Shown piece after piece: positions 11,338-24,203 of a stretch of 64,000 nt of DNA. A model generated the notes under the pieces. The model searched no databases and was not told the DNA's origin. It worked only from the letters and a program-made list of their open reading frames with translations. Made by a program: the position numbers and the translations under genes. Positions within the stretch are counted from its first letter, which is position 1. The number at the start of each line of letters is the position of its first letter. Source of the DNA: Octopus sinensis (Eukaryota); the NCBI RefSeq assembly GCF_006345805.1, contig NC_043002.1, positions 109,988,001-110,052,000 on the forward strand. Reading direction: 5' to 3'.

Positions 11338-11952
11338 GTCATTTAACGTCTGCTTTCCATGCTAGCATGGGTTGGACGGTTCAACTGGGGTCTGGGAAGC
11401 CTGAAGGCTGCACCAGGCCAGCCAGAACTGGCAGTGTTTCAACAGCTGGATGCCCTTCCTAACGCCAACCACTCCATGAGTGTAGTGGGTGCTTTTTATG
11501 TGCCACTGACACAGGTGCCAGATGAGGCTGGCGGACGGCCATACTCAGATGGTGTTTTTTTTTCTGCCACCGACACAGGTGCCAGACGAGGCTGGCACGG
11601 CCACGATCGGATGGTGTTTGTTACGTGCCCACAGCACGGAGGCCAGTCGATGCGGTACTGGCTACGGCCACGTTCGGATGGTTTTCTTATGTGCCACTGG
11701 CACTGGTACCACAAAAGTACAAATTCCATTGATGTTCATCGATTTTGATTTGATTTGATTTTGATTTTCACTTGCCTCAACAGGTCTTCACAAGTAGAGT
11801 TATGTGTCCCAAGGATGAAGGTATGCACAGGTGGACTGACTACGTCCCAGATAGGGGCCATGGGTTATGGCCTCACGTGCCCTGCCGGGTCTTCTCGCGC
11901 ACAGCATACTTCCAAAGGTCTCGGTTTCTGGTCATTTCCTCGGTGAGACCTT
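11291..11952 (-). mobile_element. RTE-type LINE family 1, 3' fragment (end of ORF2, 3' UTR, (GAT)n tail)
   Basis: Homologous to 43230-43750 and 58600-59360; it interrupts the duplicated block whose uninterrupted copy is 10261-10280. Confidence 0.85.
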
Positions 11953-12393
11953 TCTAAAATACAAAATTTTGTCAAAAACGTTAAGAATAAGCCCTGTTCT
12001 ATGTGACACATTCTACCAGTACCTGAAATTTCAAAGTGTTTAGTTAAAAAAAAATTAATTAAAAAATCTGTCCTTCAAATGGAATAGATCCGAGTGTTGT
12101 TTAACTTTGGTCTTCATTGTATCCAACATCAAAGCATCACAAAAATGAAGTTTCAAATAGTTGGGCTGCTATAGTTACATTCTATTTATCAAGGTCGTTC
12201 TTAAATATTGATCCTCAGTAGGTAGCTAGCTATTCTCCTCATATTTTTATACAATTGCAGAACATGCACAACAGATAATGTTCCCATTTTATAATGGATT
12301 CATCATTCAGTAATCAAGAATATCTTATGCTTCCCAAATTTTTCTTTCTCGCATTTTTACTTTTTTCTTTTTTTTTCTTAAAAAAAAATAGAA

Positions 12394-12780
12394 GGCGCAG
12401 GAGTGGCTGTGTGGTAAGTAGTTTGCTAACCAACCACATAGTTCCGGGTTCAGTCCCACTGCCTGGCATCTTGGGCAAGTGTCTTCTGCTATAGACCCGG
12501 GCCGACCAATGCCTTGTGAGTGAATTTGGTAAACGGAAACTGAAAGAAGCCTGTCATATATATGTATATATATATATGTGTGTGTGTATTTGTGTGTCTG
12601 TGTTTGTCCCCCTAGCATTGCTTGACAACCGATGCTGGGGTGTTTATGTCCCCGTCACTTAGCGGTTCGGCAAAAAAGACCGATAGAATAAGTACTGGGC
12701 TCAGGGTCGATTTGCTCGACTAAAGGTGGTGCCCCAGCAATGCCGCAGTCAAATGACTGAAACAAGTAAAAGAAAAGAAT
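12394..12780 (+). mobile_element. tRNA-like SINE family D (GGCGCAGGAGTGGCTGTGTGG head, internal TA/TG microsatellite, GTAAAAGA tail)
   Basis: More than ten copies in the window; Pol III-like A box and GGTTCAGTCC B box. Confidence 0.9.
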
Positions 12781-12812
12781 AGAATAAGAATTTATAGAAA
12801 TCTATTACTTAC

Positions 12813-12932
12813 CAATGCAGTGTGTGAAATTAACTTTTATGTATCCAGATTTACACATACACATAAAACTACCAATAATATTTCTACAATTGTGTTCACA
12901 GCCACCATTTGACCCCAAGCATTCATTTACAT
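12813..12932 (-). CDS. Intact EGF_CA exon ([40 protein letters not shown])
   Basis: Acceptor ttcttttAG, donor GTAAGT, 120 nt, phase 1-1; six cysteines and the D-x-N-E-C calcium-binding consensus. Confidence 0.92.
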
Positions 12933-13034
12933 CTAAAAGAAATCAATTGAAAATTTCAACTTAAAATTCATAATATAAGCCAAACTTGCTACTGTATATA
13001 ATAATAGCATTGATAATAATAATAATCATCATCA

Positions 13035-13366
13035 TCATTGTTCGACCGTGGTCGAGACAATGGAATTTACCATGCTACGCCAGACTTCACAGTCCATCAT
13101 GGCATTATGGAGGTCATGTTGCTGGATGCCTGTATCCCTGGAGATTACATCAGGGTAGGAGAGTGTGCGCCCTCTGGTATTGCGAGTAGATGGCTTCCAG
13201 AGGAGAAGAGTAGAAATTACCTCTTTTTCAGCTCTACAACAATGTCCAGCAAACTGGACTCTCTTACCTTTCACAAGAGATGACACAGGTGGTAGTTTCC
13301 CATATATTTGCATTTTGGTTGGATGGCGCTTCCACGAGAAATTTTGAGCTCTCATAAGGAGGCGAG
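13035..13366 (-). mobile_element. RTE-type LINE family 2, 3' fragment
   Basis: Encodes RLLMRAQNFSWKRHP...RVQFAGHCCR...VSTTVEQ*; nearly identical to 44554-44901; (TGA)n/(TTA)n tail at about 12998-13037. Confidence 0.9.
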
Positions 13367-13386
13367 TAATGATAATAATAATAATG

Positions 13387-13424
<38 letters not shown>

Positions 13425-13425
<1 letters not shown>

Positions 13426-15205
13426 TCGTAAGGTGTATGATATGGTCCCACACTCTTGGATAATGGAATGTATGAACCTGTTTGGTATTGCATCGAATGT
13501 TGAGTGATTGCTTGGAAAAAGTATGGTGAATTGGAACTGACAGTATACAGAAGAAGTTTAGGGACAGTAGAAATCAGGAGGGGCATCTTCCAAGAGGACT
13601 GCCTGTCCCCACTGATCTTTGTATTGTGCTTGATAACACTAACACTGATTCTGAGGAAATCAAAAGCCGCCAACAAAAAGTTAACCATTTGTTATTTCTG
13701 GATTACCTCAAACTTTATGGTAAAGATGAAGCCCAAGTCAGTTCCCTCATTGATATGGTGTATACTTTCAGTGCTGATATCAGAATGGGGTTCGGACTGA
13801 GAAAGTGTGGAGTGTTAGTCTTGAAGAGAGGCAAAATCAAATGTATGGATGGGCTATCGATACTGTTGGGGGAGGTTATGAAGCAGATAGAAGAGAGGCT
13901 ATAAGTACTTGGGAACTTTGGAAATGGATAAATTCATGGAGAAAGAAATGACAGGAAAATTTAAGGTGGAATACTTACGCAGACTGAGACTGATCCTTAA
14001 GTCAAAATTAAACGGATGGAATAAGATTGAAGCTATCAACACCTAGGCGGTTTCAATCCTTAGGATATGGAGCTGGGGTAATCGCATGGACAGTAGACAA
14101 ACTAAACAGCTTAGACAAAAAGACAAGGAAGTCGCTAACTAGATAGGGGACATTCCACCCAAAAAGTGACACAGACAGACTGTATGTACCAAGAAAAATT
14201 GGATGAAGAGGACTTAGTGGATGCAAACACAGCATTAGAGCAGAAGGAAACAACATAGCATGGTATGTAAAAACCACTATTATTAGAAGTAAGACGGTCA
14301 GGCTTGTGCAGGATGAAAGTTTGCAAAGATAAAGCACTGTACAAGCAATTGAAAACGAATGAAACTGAAAATAGGTGGGTAAAGAAAAGAATGCATGGGC
14401 AATTTCATAGGGATGTTGAAGATAAGACAGACAGAAAAAAAAAGATGGCTGTGGATGACTAAAAGTGATTTAAAACTGGAAACGGAGGCTCTAATCCGTG
14501 CTGCCCAAGAGAAAGCACTAAGAGCAAACTACATAAAATACGGAATAGACAATACATCAGAAAGTGATGAGTGCAGAATCTGTGGACAAAACTGTGAAAC
14601 TGTATGGCATATTACCAGTCAATGTACACCACTAGCCCAGAAAGAGTATAAGATATGCCACGACAATATAGCAAGGCTTTTGCAACAAATATGGTCTTAA
14701 CAGAGGAAAAAATTGGTATGACCACAAACCCAAAGGCATCATCAAAAATGATAATGCAAAGATCCTGTGGGATTTTATGATTCAGTGCAACCATGAGATA
14801 GAAAATAGGAAGCCAGATATAGTCTTAATTGAGAAAGAAAGCAAACTATGCTGGATCATAGATATAACATGCCCAGCTGACAACAAGGTATGCGATAAGG
14901 AAGAAAGAAAAGTTGATAGGTATGACAGGTTAGCTTGGGAGGTTAAGCAGTTGTGGTTGATAAAAAAGGTGGTAGTAGTACCAATAATTATCAGAGCCCT
15001 GGGAACAGTGAGCAAAAATCTTGAGAAGTACATGGAACAAATAGGGGCTGCAATAAGGGTGGAGCACTTGCAGAAAACAGCACTGCTTGGAACTGCTTGA
15101 ATACTCCAGAAGGTGCACGAAAAATAAGAGGTATTACCTTAGTTCACTGGTAGTGAACAGCTGACACTGTAATACATCTCCAGCGTTAGAATCTGTGGAA
15201 AGGAA

Positions 15206-15209
<4 letters not shown>
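13425..15209 (+). mobile_element. R4/Dong-like (RLE-type) non-LTR retrotransposon, 5'-truncated and degenerate
   Basis: RT motifs (KVYDMVPHSW, RRGIFQEDCLSP, NHLLFLDYLKLY), CCHC finger (CRICGQNCETVWHITSQC...HD) and PD-(D/E)xK nuclease (RKPDIVL...IIDITCP) across frames; (AAT)n on both sides. Confidence 0.9.
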
Positions 15210-15280
<71 letters not shown>

Positions 15281-15295
15281 GATGATGATGATGAT
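15210..15295 (+). repeat. (AAT)n then (GAT)n microsatellite
   Basis: Directly visible. Confidence 0.95.
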
Positions 15296-15419
15296 AAATA
15301 CAACTATTGTTACCATAGTAATATTTCTTTTGATTTATTCAGTCCTAGCACTTCTTAACATAATCATCTAATATATTAAGAACATCATATCCATTATCTA
15401 CCTCAGATGGCACATGGTG

Positions 15420-15660
15420 GAGAACGTGCAAATACAGATGATATAAAAACCAAACTTGTGGCCTCCAAATTTGCCAGATCTGTATCCCATGGAGCATTGT
15501 TGAAAAAAAGACTAATTGTCATCCTAAAAATACAATGGCTTCACTGAATGCAGTCAATGTCCAGTTGATGTCCAAAATGAATAAGGACTATTTAGTGGTG
15601 ATTTATTCCAGACCTGTGCTGAAGTAGTCATTGAAGCTGAAGGCAGATTCATAGAATAAT
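15420..15660 (+). mobile_element. Degenerate Tc1/mariner transposase C-terminal fragment
   Basis: Manual translation LWPPNLPDLYPM (WPPNSPDLNP motif), then VEKKTNCHPKNTMASL after a frameshift. Confidence 0.6.
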
Positions 15661-15678
15661 CTTATTGAGAACATGTCA

Positions 15679-16065
15679 TACTCTTACTCTTTACTCTTTT
15701 ACTTGTTTCAGTCATTTGACTGCGGCCATGCTGGAGCACCGCCTTTAGTCGAGCAAATCGACCCCAAGACTTATTCTTTGTAAGCCCAGTACTTATTCTA
15801 TCGGTCTCTTTTGCCGAACCGCTAAGTGACGGGGACATAAACACACCAGCATCGGTTGTCAAGCAAACACAGACACACAAACACACACACATACATATAT
15901 ATACATATATACGACAGGCTTCTTTCAGTTTCCGTCTACCAAATCCACTCACAAGGCATTGGTCGGCCCGGGGTTATAGCAGAAGACACTTGCCCAAGAT
16001 GCCACGCAGTGGGACTGAACCCGGAACCATGTGGTTGGTTAGCAAGCTACTTACCACACAGCCAC
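15679..16065 (-). mobile_element. SINE family D
   Basis: Reverse complement of the 12394 family. Confidence 0.9.
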
Positions 16066-16687
16066 CACAATTTTTTTTATTAAAATACATTTGTTTTATT
16101 AAATAGCTAAATATACCCTCAAATACTTCTCACACTTTGTATTGAACCAAAAATAATGAGAAGACTAATAAAAATGCCAAATTGTAAAACTTTGATATGG
16201 TTGCTAGCTGATGAAATATACTTGTATATGCAAAAACAGAAAATACTGAAGGGGATGATGGGTAACAAGGGATCTACTGATCTGCAAATTGGATAAGAAT
16301 ATAAGCAGAAAGTTTAGAAAATCTTGAACACAAAACTAAACAAAAGGAAAATCCTTAATGGAATCGACACTTTGATAATACTAGGGATCACATAATCTGC
16401 AGCCTTTCATCGGTGGAATGAAAAATGAACTCAATGAAATGGATTAAGTTACTTCTATGGAGCAGTATTATTAGACTGCATTTGTCAAGAAAAAGGGATC
16501 CAGATGTCCATTTAAGATAACATAGCAAACTTGGATATTATAGGACTACAGGTGTATGTTAAGAAAAATGGTAAGAAGCTTATATGTGCAATCAACATAA
16601 GTGATGATACATAGAGACAAAAATGGATTACAAACAATAGGAAAAAGAGGAAATAAATTTTTAAAAAACAGGGAATAATAATAGGTA

Positions 16688-17065
16688 AAAGCTTGGCTGT
16701 GTGGTAAGAACTTTGCTCCTTAGCCACATAGTTCTGGGTTCAGTCCATAGCATGGTACATTGAGCAAATGTCTTCTGCTATGGCCTCAGGCTGACCAAAT
16801 CCTTGTGAGTGGATTTGATAGACAGAAGCTGAAAGAAGTCCATTGTATGTGTGTCTGTGTTTGTTCCCTTCACCTCCACTTGACAACCAGTGTTGGTGTG
16901 TTTATATCCCCGTAACTTGGTAGTTTGGCAAAAGAGTCTGACAGAGTAAATGCCAGGCTCAGAAAAAAATGTACTGGGATCTATTTGTTTGATTAAAATT
17001 CTTCAAGATAGTACTCCAGCATGGTCGCAGTCTGATGACTGAAACAAATAAAAGATAACATAAAA
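16688..17065 (+). mobile_element. Diverged SINE family D
   Basis: Recognisable head (GGCTGTGTGGTAAG), middle and GACTGAAACAAATAAAAGA tail. Confidence 0.75.
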
Positions 17066-17349
17066 GATAATAAATATTTGATTTTAGATACCCCTAAAGG
17101 GAAATTTTATCAACAAATTGCTTGAATAAACTCTGTTATTCAAAATTTTCCTCTCAATTTATTACACATGTGAGGCCCTACTATGTGTACTTATACAGAA
17201 TATACCACGGAAGTGCTTTTCCTCTGCCATATTGTTGATTTGCATAGTAAATGTCACTACATCCCCCCCCCCCCCCCGCTCTCTGTTGGTTTCACTGCTT
17301 CACCAGTTGGCTGTAAAGACTTGATTCACTCCAGTCTGCATTGTCTTTA

Positions 17350-17749
17350 TCTTTATATATAAAAGTCAAGTTGTGTGTCTGTCTCCTACGATTTAGATTC
17401 CTAACTACTCCCACATTTTGCGGTGCAGTTTAACCAAAACCGGGTATCTTATAGTTGTGATTCATATTGAGCCCTTCTGGGTATTAGCGCGCGTCTACGA
17501 TGAGTCTACGATTTTAAAAAAACTTTACCATCATTTTTTTCCATTTTAATGCATTTTTTCGCTATTATATAAGGGAAGTAACTCTCTAAAAATGTCTACG
17601 ATGAGTCAACGATTTAAAAAAAAATTTACCATAATTTTTTTTCCATTTTTAATGCATTTTTTTTGCTATTTTTTTGGCTATAACTCTCTAAAAATGCTTA
17701 TATAGTTATTTCCCTTACAAACCCTAGCAACGCCAGGCGATACTGCTAG
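17350..17749 (+). mobile_element. Non-autonomous Helitron (400 bp)
   Basis: A|TC 5' end, CTAG|T 3' end, GC-rich subterminal segment (GCAACGCCAGGCG), internal ~105-bp subrepeat, no TSD; homologues at 24576-25271. Confidence 0.88.
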
Positions 17750-18604
17750 TTTTCCATAAATTTTGATTAGCCAAAGCTTTAAAGTTACTTCCCTTACATG
17801 TTCTCTTTTTAGTTTTTAGGTTCTAAAAGGCTGTAGGGACTAAGAATTATAGTAAATATGTGAGAGTCCACAAAAGGAAAACAAGGCACAAAGGCTGAGT
17901 GGTTAATGAAATTTGCTTTGCAATCTCAAAGCTTCAAGAAATTTTATTAATAAAGTTGTGAGAAAGGATTTCATTCCCCTTATATTCAAAAGTAAATTTA
18001 GTTGCAGCATAGGCAATGGAATATGTTCATAGGCAAAATCATACTTGTAGTTAACTCAAAAGCATTGTTATATTTTGTTGTATAAGTATTAGTGTGAATG
18101 GATATTGTATTGATTTACAATTGTTTCAAGTACTCACTTGATTATATTATAGAGTAAGTGGTTGTACTCTTAATGTTCAGAGATGAGTTACGTTTTTCTT
18201 GGTTCAAATTCCATCCGATGCTTTTTGTTAGGGATGAATTTTGTTTTCATTTACTAGGGTGAAATATTTTAATTTGGTAAGACTGCTGCATAGAATGTTA
18301 TCAAATGATTTTCAACTCTAACAACCATCATTAGGTTCACATCACTAGTTTAACAAGTTGACAATAGAAGATATTATCTTCAACTGTTATTCTATTCTCT
18401 TCCAAACTGGCAAAACAAATTTGCAGAGAGGTCTGTAAAGTATCAAGCAGAGTTCTCTACTATTGGGCTGTCAATATGTTCTTCAAGATTAATGTACTTG
18501 TCAATGAAGTTGCCCTTGATCAACAGAAGAAGCCATCAGTACAAAATAAGATGATAAATAAGAACAGTGAAATGTGTGCAGTGAATAATGCAATAGCAAG
18601 ATAC

Positions 18605-18724
18605 CAACACATTGACTGTCGTTAATGAGATTATAACTAGGTTGACAAGAACATTTGTAGCTTCCTATTGTATTGCTACAGACCTGTTGGCAGCTTCCAT
18701 TGTCTGATAAACATTCATTAATAT
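18605..18724 (-). CDS. Intact EGF_CA exon (DINECLSDNGSCQQVCSNTIGSYKCSCQPSYNLINDSQCV)
   Basis: Acceptor gttatttcAG, donor GTATCT, 120 nt, phase 1-1; six cysteines and the DINEC motif. Confidence 0.92.
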
Positions 18725-20358
18725 CTGAAATAACAAACAGGAGAAATTGTCAAACATAAGAAATAAATTTCATTGTCAAATGGTAAGAATATATAGTGAT
18801 GGATGTTTTTCAAATGTAAGTTATTTCAAGATTTAACTCATTAAAGTTTGAGATTAAATTCTTCAATATTTAATAATTTTGTTGTTGATTGATTTTCAAC
18901 TCAGACTGTAAAATTAGACATGAAAAAGAAATTTTATTTTCTAAATTTTTTATCAATAGAATTATCTGAAATGACAGAATCAGGCCATTACCGTTATCTT
19001 TATCATTGTCATAACACCAGCATCACTACCACATTCATTACAACTGTAGCCAAAAAATACCACCACCAATACGACAGCTAAAATCATCTTCACCCTTATC
19101 TCTACTACACTTCTATAACCATTTCTAAAGTAGCTGCTTTTTCAGACACTAGTCACCAGCATTCACTACCACAGTGAGTATATCAATATTGATTGTCATT
19201 ACCTGTACAATAAGGACTGCAGTCAATAGCACCACCCTCACCACCATGTCAAGGTGATGATAGCAATGATGGTTGTAACAGTGGTGCTGATGCTGATAGT
19301 GGTGGTGTTATCGCAACAATATAGCTACTACCTACCTCTACTGCCCCTCTTTAGGCTATTAACAGCTACTACTCACCCCTGCCACCACCGCCACTGCCAC
19401 CACCACCACCGCCACTCCTCATTTGCTCTCTTGACCCCTGGCAATCTGTCAACTAAGCAATACTGAATACATTAAAGAATAGTGATGTATTTGTCCATTT
19501 ACCAATCCCAAACAGGTTACACTGGTCACTCTGATTGTATTAGAGGGAAGCTGGCCAAATCTTATTTCATTCAGTGTATTTGAAAATTCCACCAGGCCCC
19601 ATATATAAGGGATAATGAACTTATAAACAATTGATTAAGTGCAGCCTAATGTATTTAATATATAATGAGGCTATACTAATACCCGTAAGGAGATGAAAAG
19701 CCTTTAGCATTAATGATAATTCTTGTCAAAGAAGAGAGAGCTTCAAAGTTTATATTAATTAAAAAATTAAACTTCTGGGACATGCAGCGGGGAGTGAGTG
19801 TGGTTGTTATGGTGATAAGTCTGGAGATGCCTCAGCAAAGTATAGTCTTATACATCATCATGATCATCATCATTATCAACAACAAAACTGCTGCCAATAC
19901 TGTCATCACTGCTGTTACCATTCACATTATCGTCATCATTATTGTTGTTTTTACAACCACTTTCCCATGCTGGCATAGAGTAGATCTTTTGAAGTAGTGT
20001 TTATTGCTTCAAAATACCCTTCCTCACACTAAAAGAAGTTGCTTACTGATAAGCAGGGACATATTATTTTTCCTTAGGTAGTCATCATCATCATTTAATG
20101 TCCATTGTCCATGCTGGCATGGGTTGGATAGTTTGAGGATCTTTTCTGTTTGGTTGCCAGTGGCTCCAAAACTTAAAGTTTACCGAAAATTTTAAAGTTT
20201 GGCACAATAATACCCTTGCCCAAACTGAATTGCTGGAGTTATTTCATTTTTTCCAGAAAAATGTTTTTAAAGAGCTATAGAAGTTTAAAGTTTGATCATA
20301 TACCCTACTGATCATATTATGTATACTTGTAGTGACTTTACATAAGTAAGTCTCCTTA

Positions 20359-20529
20359 GGCGCAGGAGTGGCTGTGTGGTAAGTAGCTTGCTAACCAGCC
20401 ACATGGTTCCGGGTTCAGTCCCACTGCATGGCATCTTGGGCAAGTGTCTTCTGCTATAGCCCCGGGCCGACCAATGCCTTGTGAGTGGATTTGGTAGACG
20501 GAAACTGAAAGAAGTCTGTCGTATATATG

Positions 20530-20560
<31 letters not shown>

Positions 20561-20772
20561 GTTTGTGTGTCTGTGTTTGTCCCTCTAGCATTGCTTGACA
20601 TCTGATGCTGGTGTGTTTACATCCCCGTTACTTAGTGGTTCGGCAAAAGAGAACGATAGAATAAGTACTGGGCTTACAAAGATTAAGTCCCGGGGTCGAT
20701 TTGCTCAACTAAAGGCGGTGCTCCAGCATGGCCACAGTCAAATGACTGAAACAAGTAAAAGAGTAAAAGAGA
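20359..20772 (+). mobile_element. SINE family D, full length
   Basis: Head-to-tail match to the other copies. Confidence 0.9.
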
Positions 20773-22197
20773 GTTTTGACTAAATCCTATAGCCCCTAAA
20801 AACTATAAAAGCATACATACACTAACACCTGTAACATTACAACTTATACAATCTCATGGTCTGAATACCTTTAACTACCCTCCCTATTTCCATATCTATT
20901 ACCCATTCTTTTGGGGCTACCTTTATCTTTTCCCTGCCTCTAATTTTAACCCCCTTTATATGTAGGTTATATGTATTTTTTTTTATTTATATGTTGGTTA
21001 TATGTATTTTTATTTTCTATAAATTCTTATTTTATTCTATTTTGATATCCTTACTTATTAACCTATTATCTCTTATAAATTGTTATTTTTCTTGTTCTTA
21101 AATTGATATTTTTCAGTTACTTAAGTCTAGAGATATTTATACTATATCCATATAAATGTATAAATATTTGTGTATGTGTATATATGCATATATGCACATA
21201 TGTGTGTATGTGTATCTGTATGCATTTTTACACTTTTCTGATTCATGGCTTAGAATTAATAGATAGCATATAAATCTTTCCAGTTATTCCATATGTAAAT
21301 GCCTTGAGCAGTCTTTATAGAAACCACCTAATAAGTAATTAATTAAGTGCACGAATGGATATTAAACTGATTCTATGTAATCTTCCTTTTTAATGTTCAT
21401 AATTGAGATATGCATACTTTTTACCTATTTTGGTTATGATATTTTTGAAATTCTTAAATTTTATTTTTATACAACATAACAGTATTGTTTATAAACATTG
21501 CCCCATAGTGCCCCTAAATAAAATTTCCTCTATATTAGTATCTTAGGTTTCTTAGCATCTTGCCCCTTTAATTGGTAATTAGCATCATGATTTAGAGTCT
21601 ACCCTACCCTGCCTCTTTTTATAGACAGTTACTTATATCCAACTGACTACTCCTAATGTCTTATTTCCTCCCTGGGGAAAAGGGATACATATGATAATAT
21701 TTATGACCATACCTAGCCATAAGCTGTCAACTCACTCTTGTCCTTTATTCAAAATAGACACAGTCTTCTGGTCTTGGGTTTAGTAATTGATAAAGAGATA
21801 AATGAATTAGAAATGAATCATAGCCTTTACAACCCAATGACCCCATTATGCTCCATGCAATTCTTAGAAGTTGTAGTCTATTCTTAGCTACAATAGCGAC
21901 AGCTTGAATTTCTTCCATCTTCTAGCTCTGTTAAAATATTTAAGAAAAATTATATTAATGTGTCCTACTTGTTAAAATTCCATTTATTTATTTGTTCAGC
22001 TGAAGACAGCACTGCATTTAAATTGATGTAATGACTGCATTGTTCAATTAAATGGAGCCGCTTGAAATGGTCATACTATATTACTACTTGATATCCTGTT
22101 GCTTAGTTTGATTCTATTCACCTTACTTTGAGTTGTGTGGATAATACCAGACTAACTTGGTGCTTCAACTTAAGTACCTAATTCAATTGAATCTCAA

Positions 22198-22247
<50 letters not shown>

Positions 22248-22535
22248 TCTGGCAACAGCAATGTTCAACCCATTCATTCAATTATGTTACCCTAAATCTA
22301 AAAATTCCATCTCCTCGTGTTCTATCTTTGACTAGCCTAACTCTAGTCTCTATCTCTTTTCCTATCTTTCAGTTTCGTTAGCCACTTGCTTCTCCCAACA
22401 CTTTACCTCCACTCACCCATCCCACCCTATATAAACTAGCTCATTCAGATTCCCCTATCTCATATTTTAATACCCCATCACACCAAGTAGAAACCAGAAG
22501 ATATTCAAATAAGCGACCTTGTTTTCCAACCTAGC

Positions 22536-23148
22536 ACGGTAACTCTCTTATATTTACGTATAAATTTGTATTGTCTCCCTGGTTTTTTATGTGCTAGGCC
22601 ACTTGGTGTTAAACTGACGGTATTATTAAATTAATATCTAATTTTTCACCCTCATTTATGAATTTATAAATTTAATATACTGCACTAAATATTATATGCA
22701 GTACTCATTTCCACTAAGTCTTACCATACTTTTTGGCGGGGAAGCTAAATCACAACTATGTATGCAATCGATTGGACCGCATGGGTATTTATCGCCGTGT
22801 GGGTCCAATAAATTGTATTAAAACAAATGTTGCTGATGATTTATAGATAAATATGTGAGTATAATTGCATATTATGTTGATAAAGAAACAATTGTTCAGC
22901 ATTAATTTATCTTTTTGTTGTATTTCGCTTTCCATATGTTGGAGGTAATGTTATTTCTTTTGTGGAAACAACTTTGGTGGCTATACCAGAATAAGGAGCT
23001 ATTTCTAGCACTAGAGTTAACCACTTAACGGTAACTCTCTTATATTTACGTATAAATTTGTATTGTCTCCCTGGTTTTTTATGTGCTAGACCACTTGGTG
23101 TTAAACTGATGGTATTATTAAATTAATATCTAATTTTTCACCCTCATT

Positions 23149-23152
<4 letters not shown>
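22536..23152. repeat. 125-bp direct repeat pair (22536-22660 and 23028-23152)
   Basis: ACGGTAACTCTCTTATATTTACG...CCCTCATTTATG occurs twice, 492 bp apart, with few mismatches. Confidence 0.9.
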
Positions 23153-23204
<52 letters not shown>

Positions 23205-23229
23205 CATACATATACATACAATAGGGAGA

Positions 23230-23455
23230 TGTTTTTGTTTCACTTTTAACATGTAATACTGAAATAGTGGAGAAGATATGATATTGCTGTGGGCTCGCCC
23301 TAGGCAAGAAGTTAAACATTTTTTTGCCTATGACACTACATGGACCCTAAGTAAGACATGTGTAAAATTTTAATGAAATTGGTTGTGTAGTTCTCAAGTT
23401 TTAGGGAAACACACAGACAGACAGACACACATTCTCAGTTTTATATATATAGAGA
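23230..23455 (-). mobile_element. Helitron-like 5' portion (second family)
   Basis: Minus strand starts A|TCTCTATATATATAAAAC...TGTCTGTCTGT..., a typical non-autonomous Helitron 5' end; no 3' CTAG found, left boundary uncertain. Confidence 0.45.
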
Positions 23456-23460
23456 TATAT

Positions 23461-23620
23461 ATGACAGGCTTCTTTCAGTTTCCATCTACCAAATGCACCC
23501 ACAAGGCTTTGGCTGGTCTGAGGCTATGGTAGAAATACATGCTCAAGGTACCATGTAGTGGGATTGAACCTGGAACCATGTGGTTGGGAAGCCAGATTCT
23601 TACCACGCAGCCACATCTAT
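23461..23620 (-). mobile_element. SINE family D, 5' half
   Basis: Reverse-complement match to the family head. Confidence 0.75.
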
Positions 23621-23797
23621 GCCAATATATATAAACACATACACACACGCATATATGTATAGTATATCTAACTATGTATGTATACACATACTAGTCATTA
23701 CATAGCTTGAACTGAATAGTTAAAACCAGTAAAAGAAGACAAGTATATATTTATACATATATATACATATATATATACACATATATATACATATATA

Positions 23798-24203
23798 GGC
23801 GCAGGAGTGGCTGTGTGGTAAGTAGCTTGCTAACCAACCACATGGTTCCGGGTTCAGTCCAACTGCGTGGCATCTCGGGCAAGTGTCTTCTGCCATAGCC
23901 TCGGGCCGACCAATGCCTTGTGAGTGGATTTGGTAGAAACTGAAAGAAGCCTGTTGTATATATGTATATATATATATATGTGTGTGTGTTTGTGTGTGTC
24001 TGTGTTTGTCCCCTAGCATTGCTTGACAACCGATGCTGGTGTGTTTACATCCCCGTCACTTAGCGGTTCGGCAAAAGAGACCGATAGAATAAGTACTGGG
24101 CTTACAAAGAATAAGTCCCGGGGTCAATTTGCTCGACTAAAGGCGGTGCTCCAGCATGGCCGCAGTCAAATGACTGAAACAAGTAAAAGAGTAAAAAGAG
24201 AGA
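23798..24203 (+). mobile_element. SINE family D, full length
   Basis: Head-to-tail match. Confidence 0.9.

Noticed and set aside
19500-19620. Minus-strand segment resembling SRCR (RFGQLPSNTIRVTSVTCLG)
   Set aside because: Only a few residues match and the other SRCR cysteines are absent.
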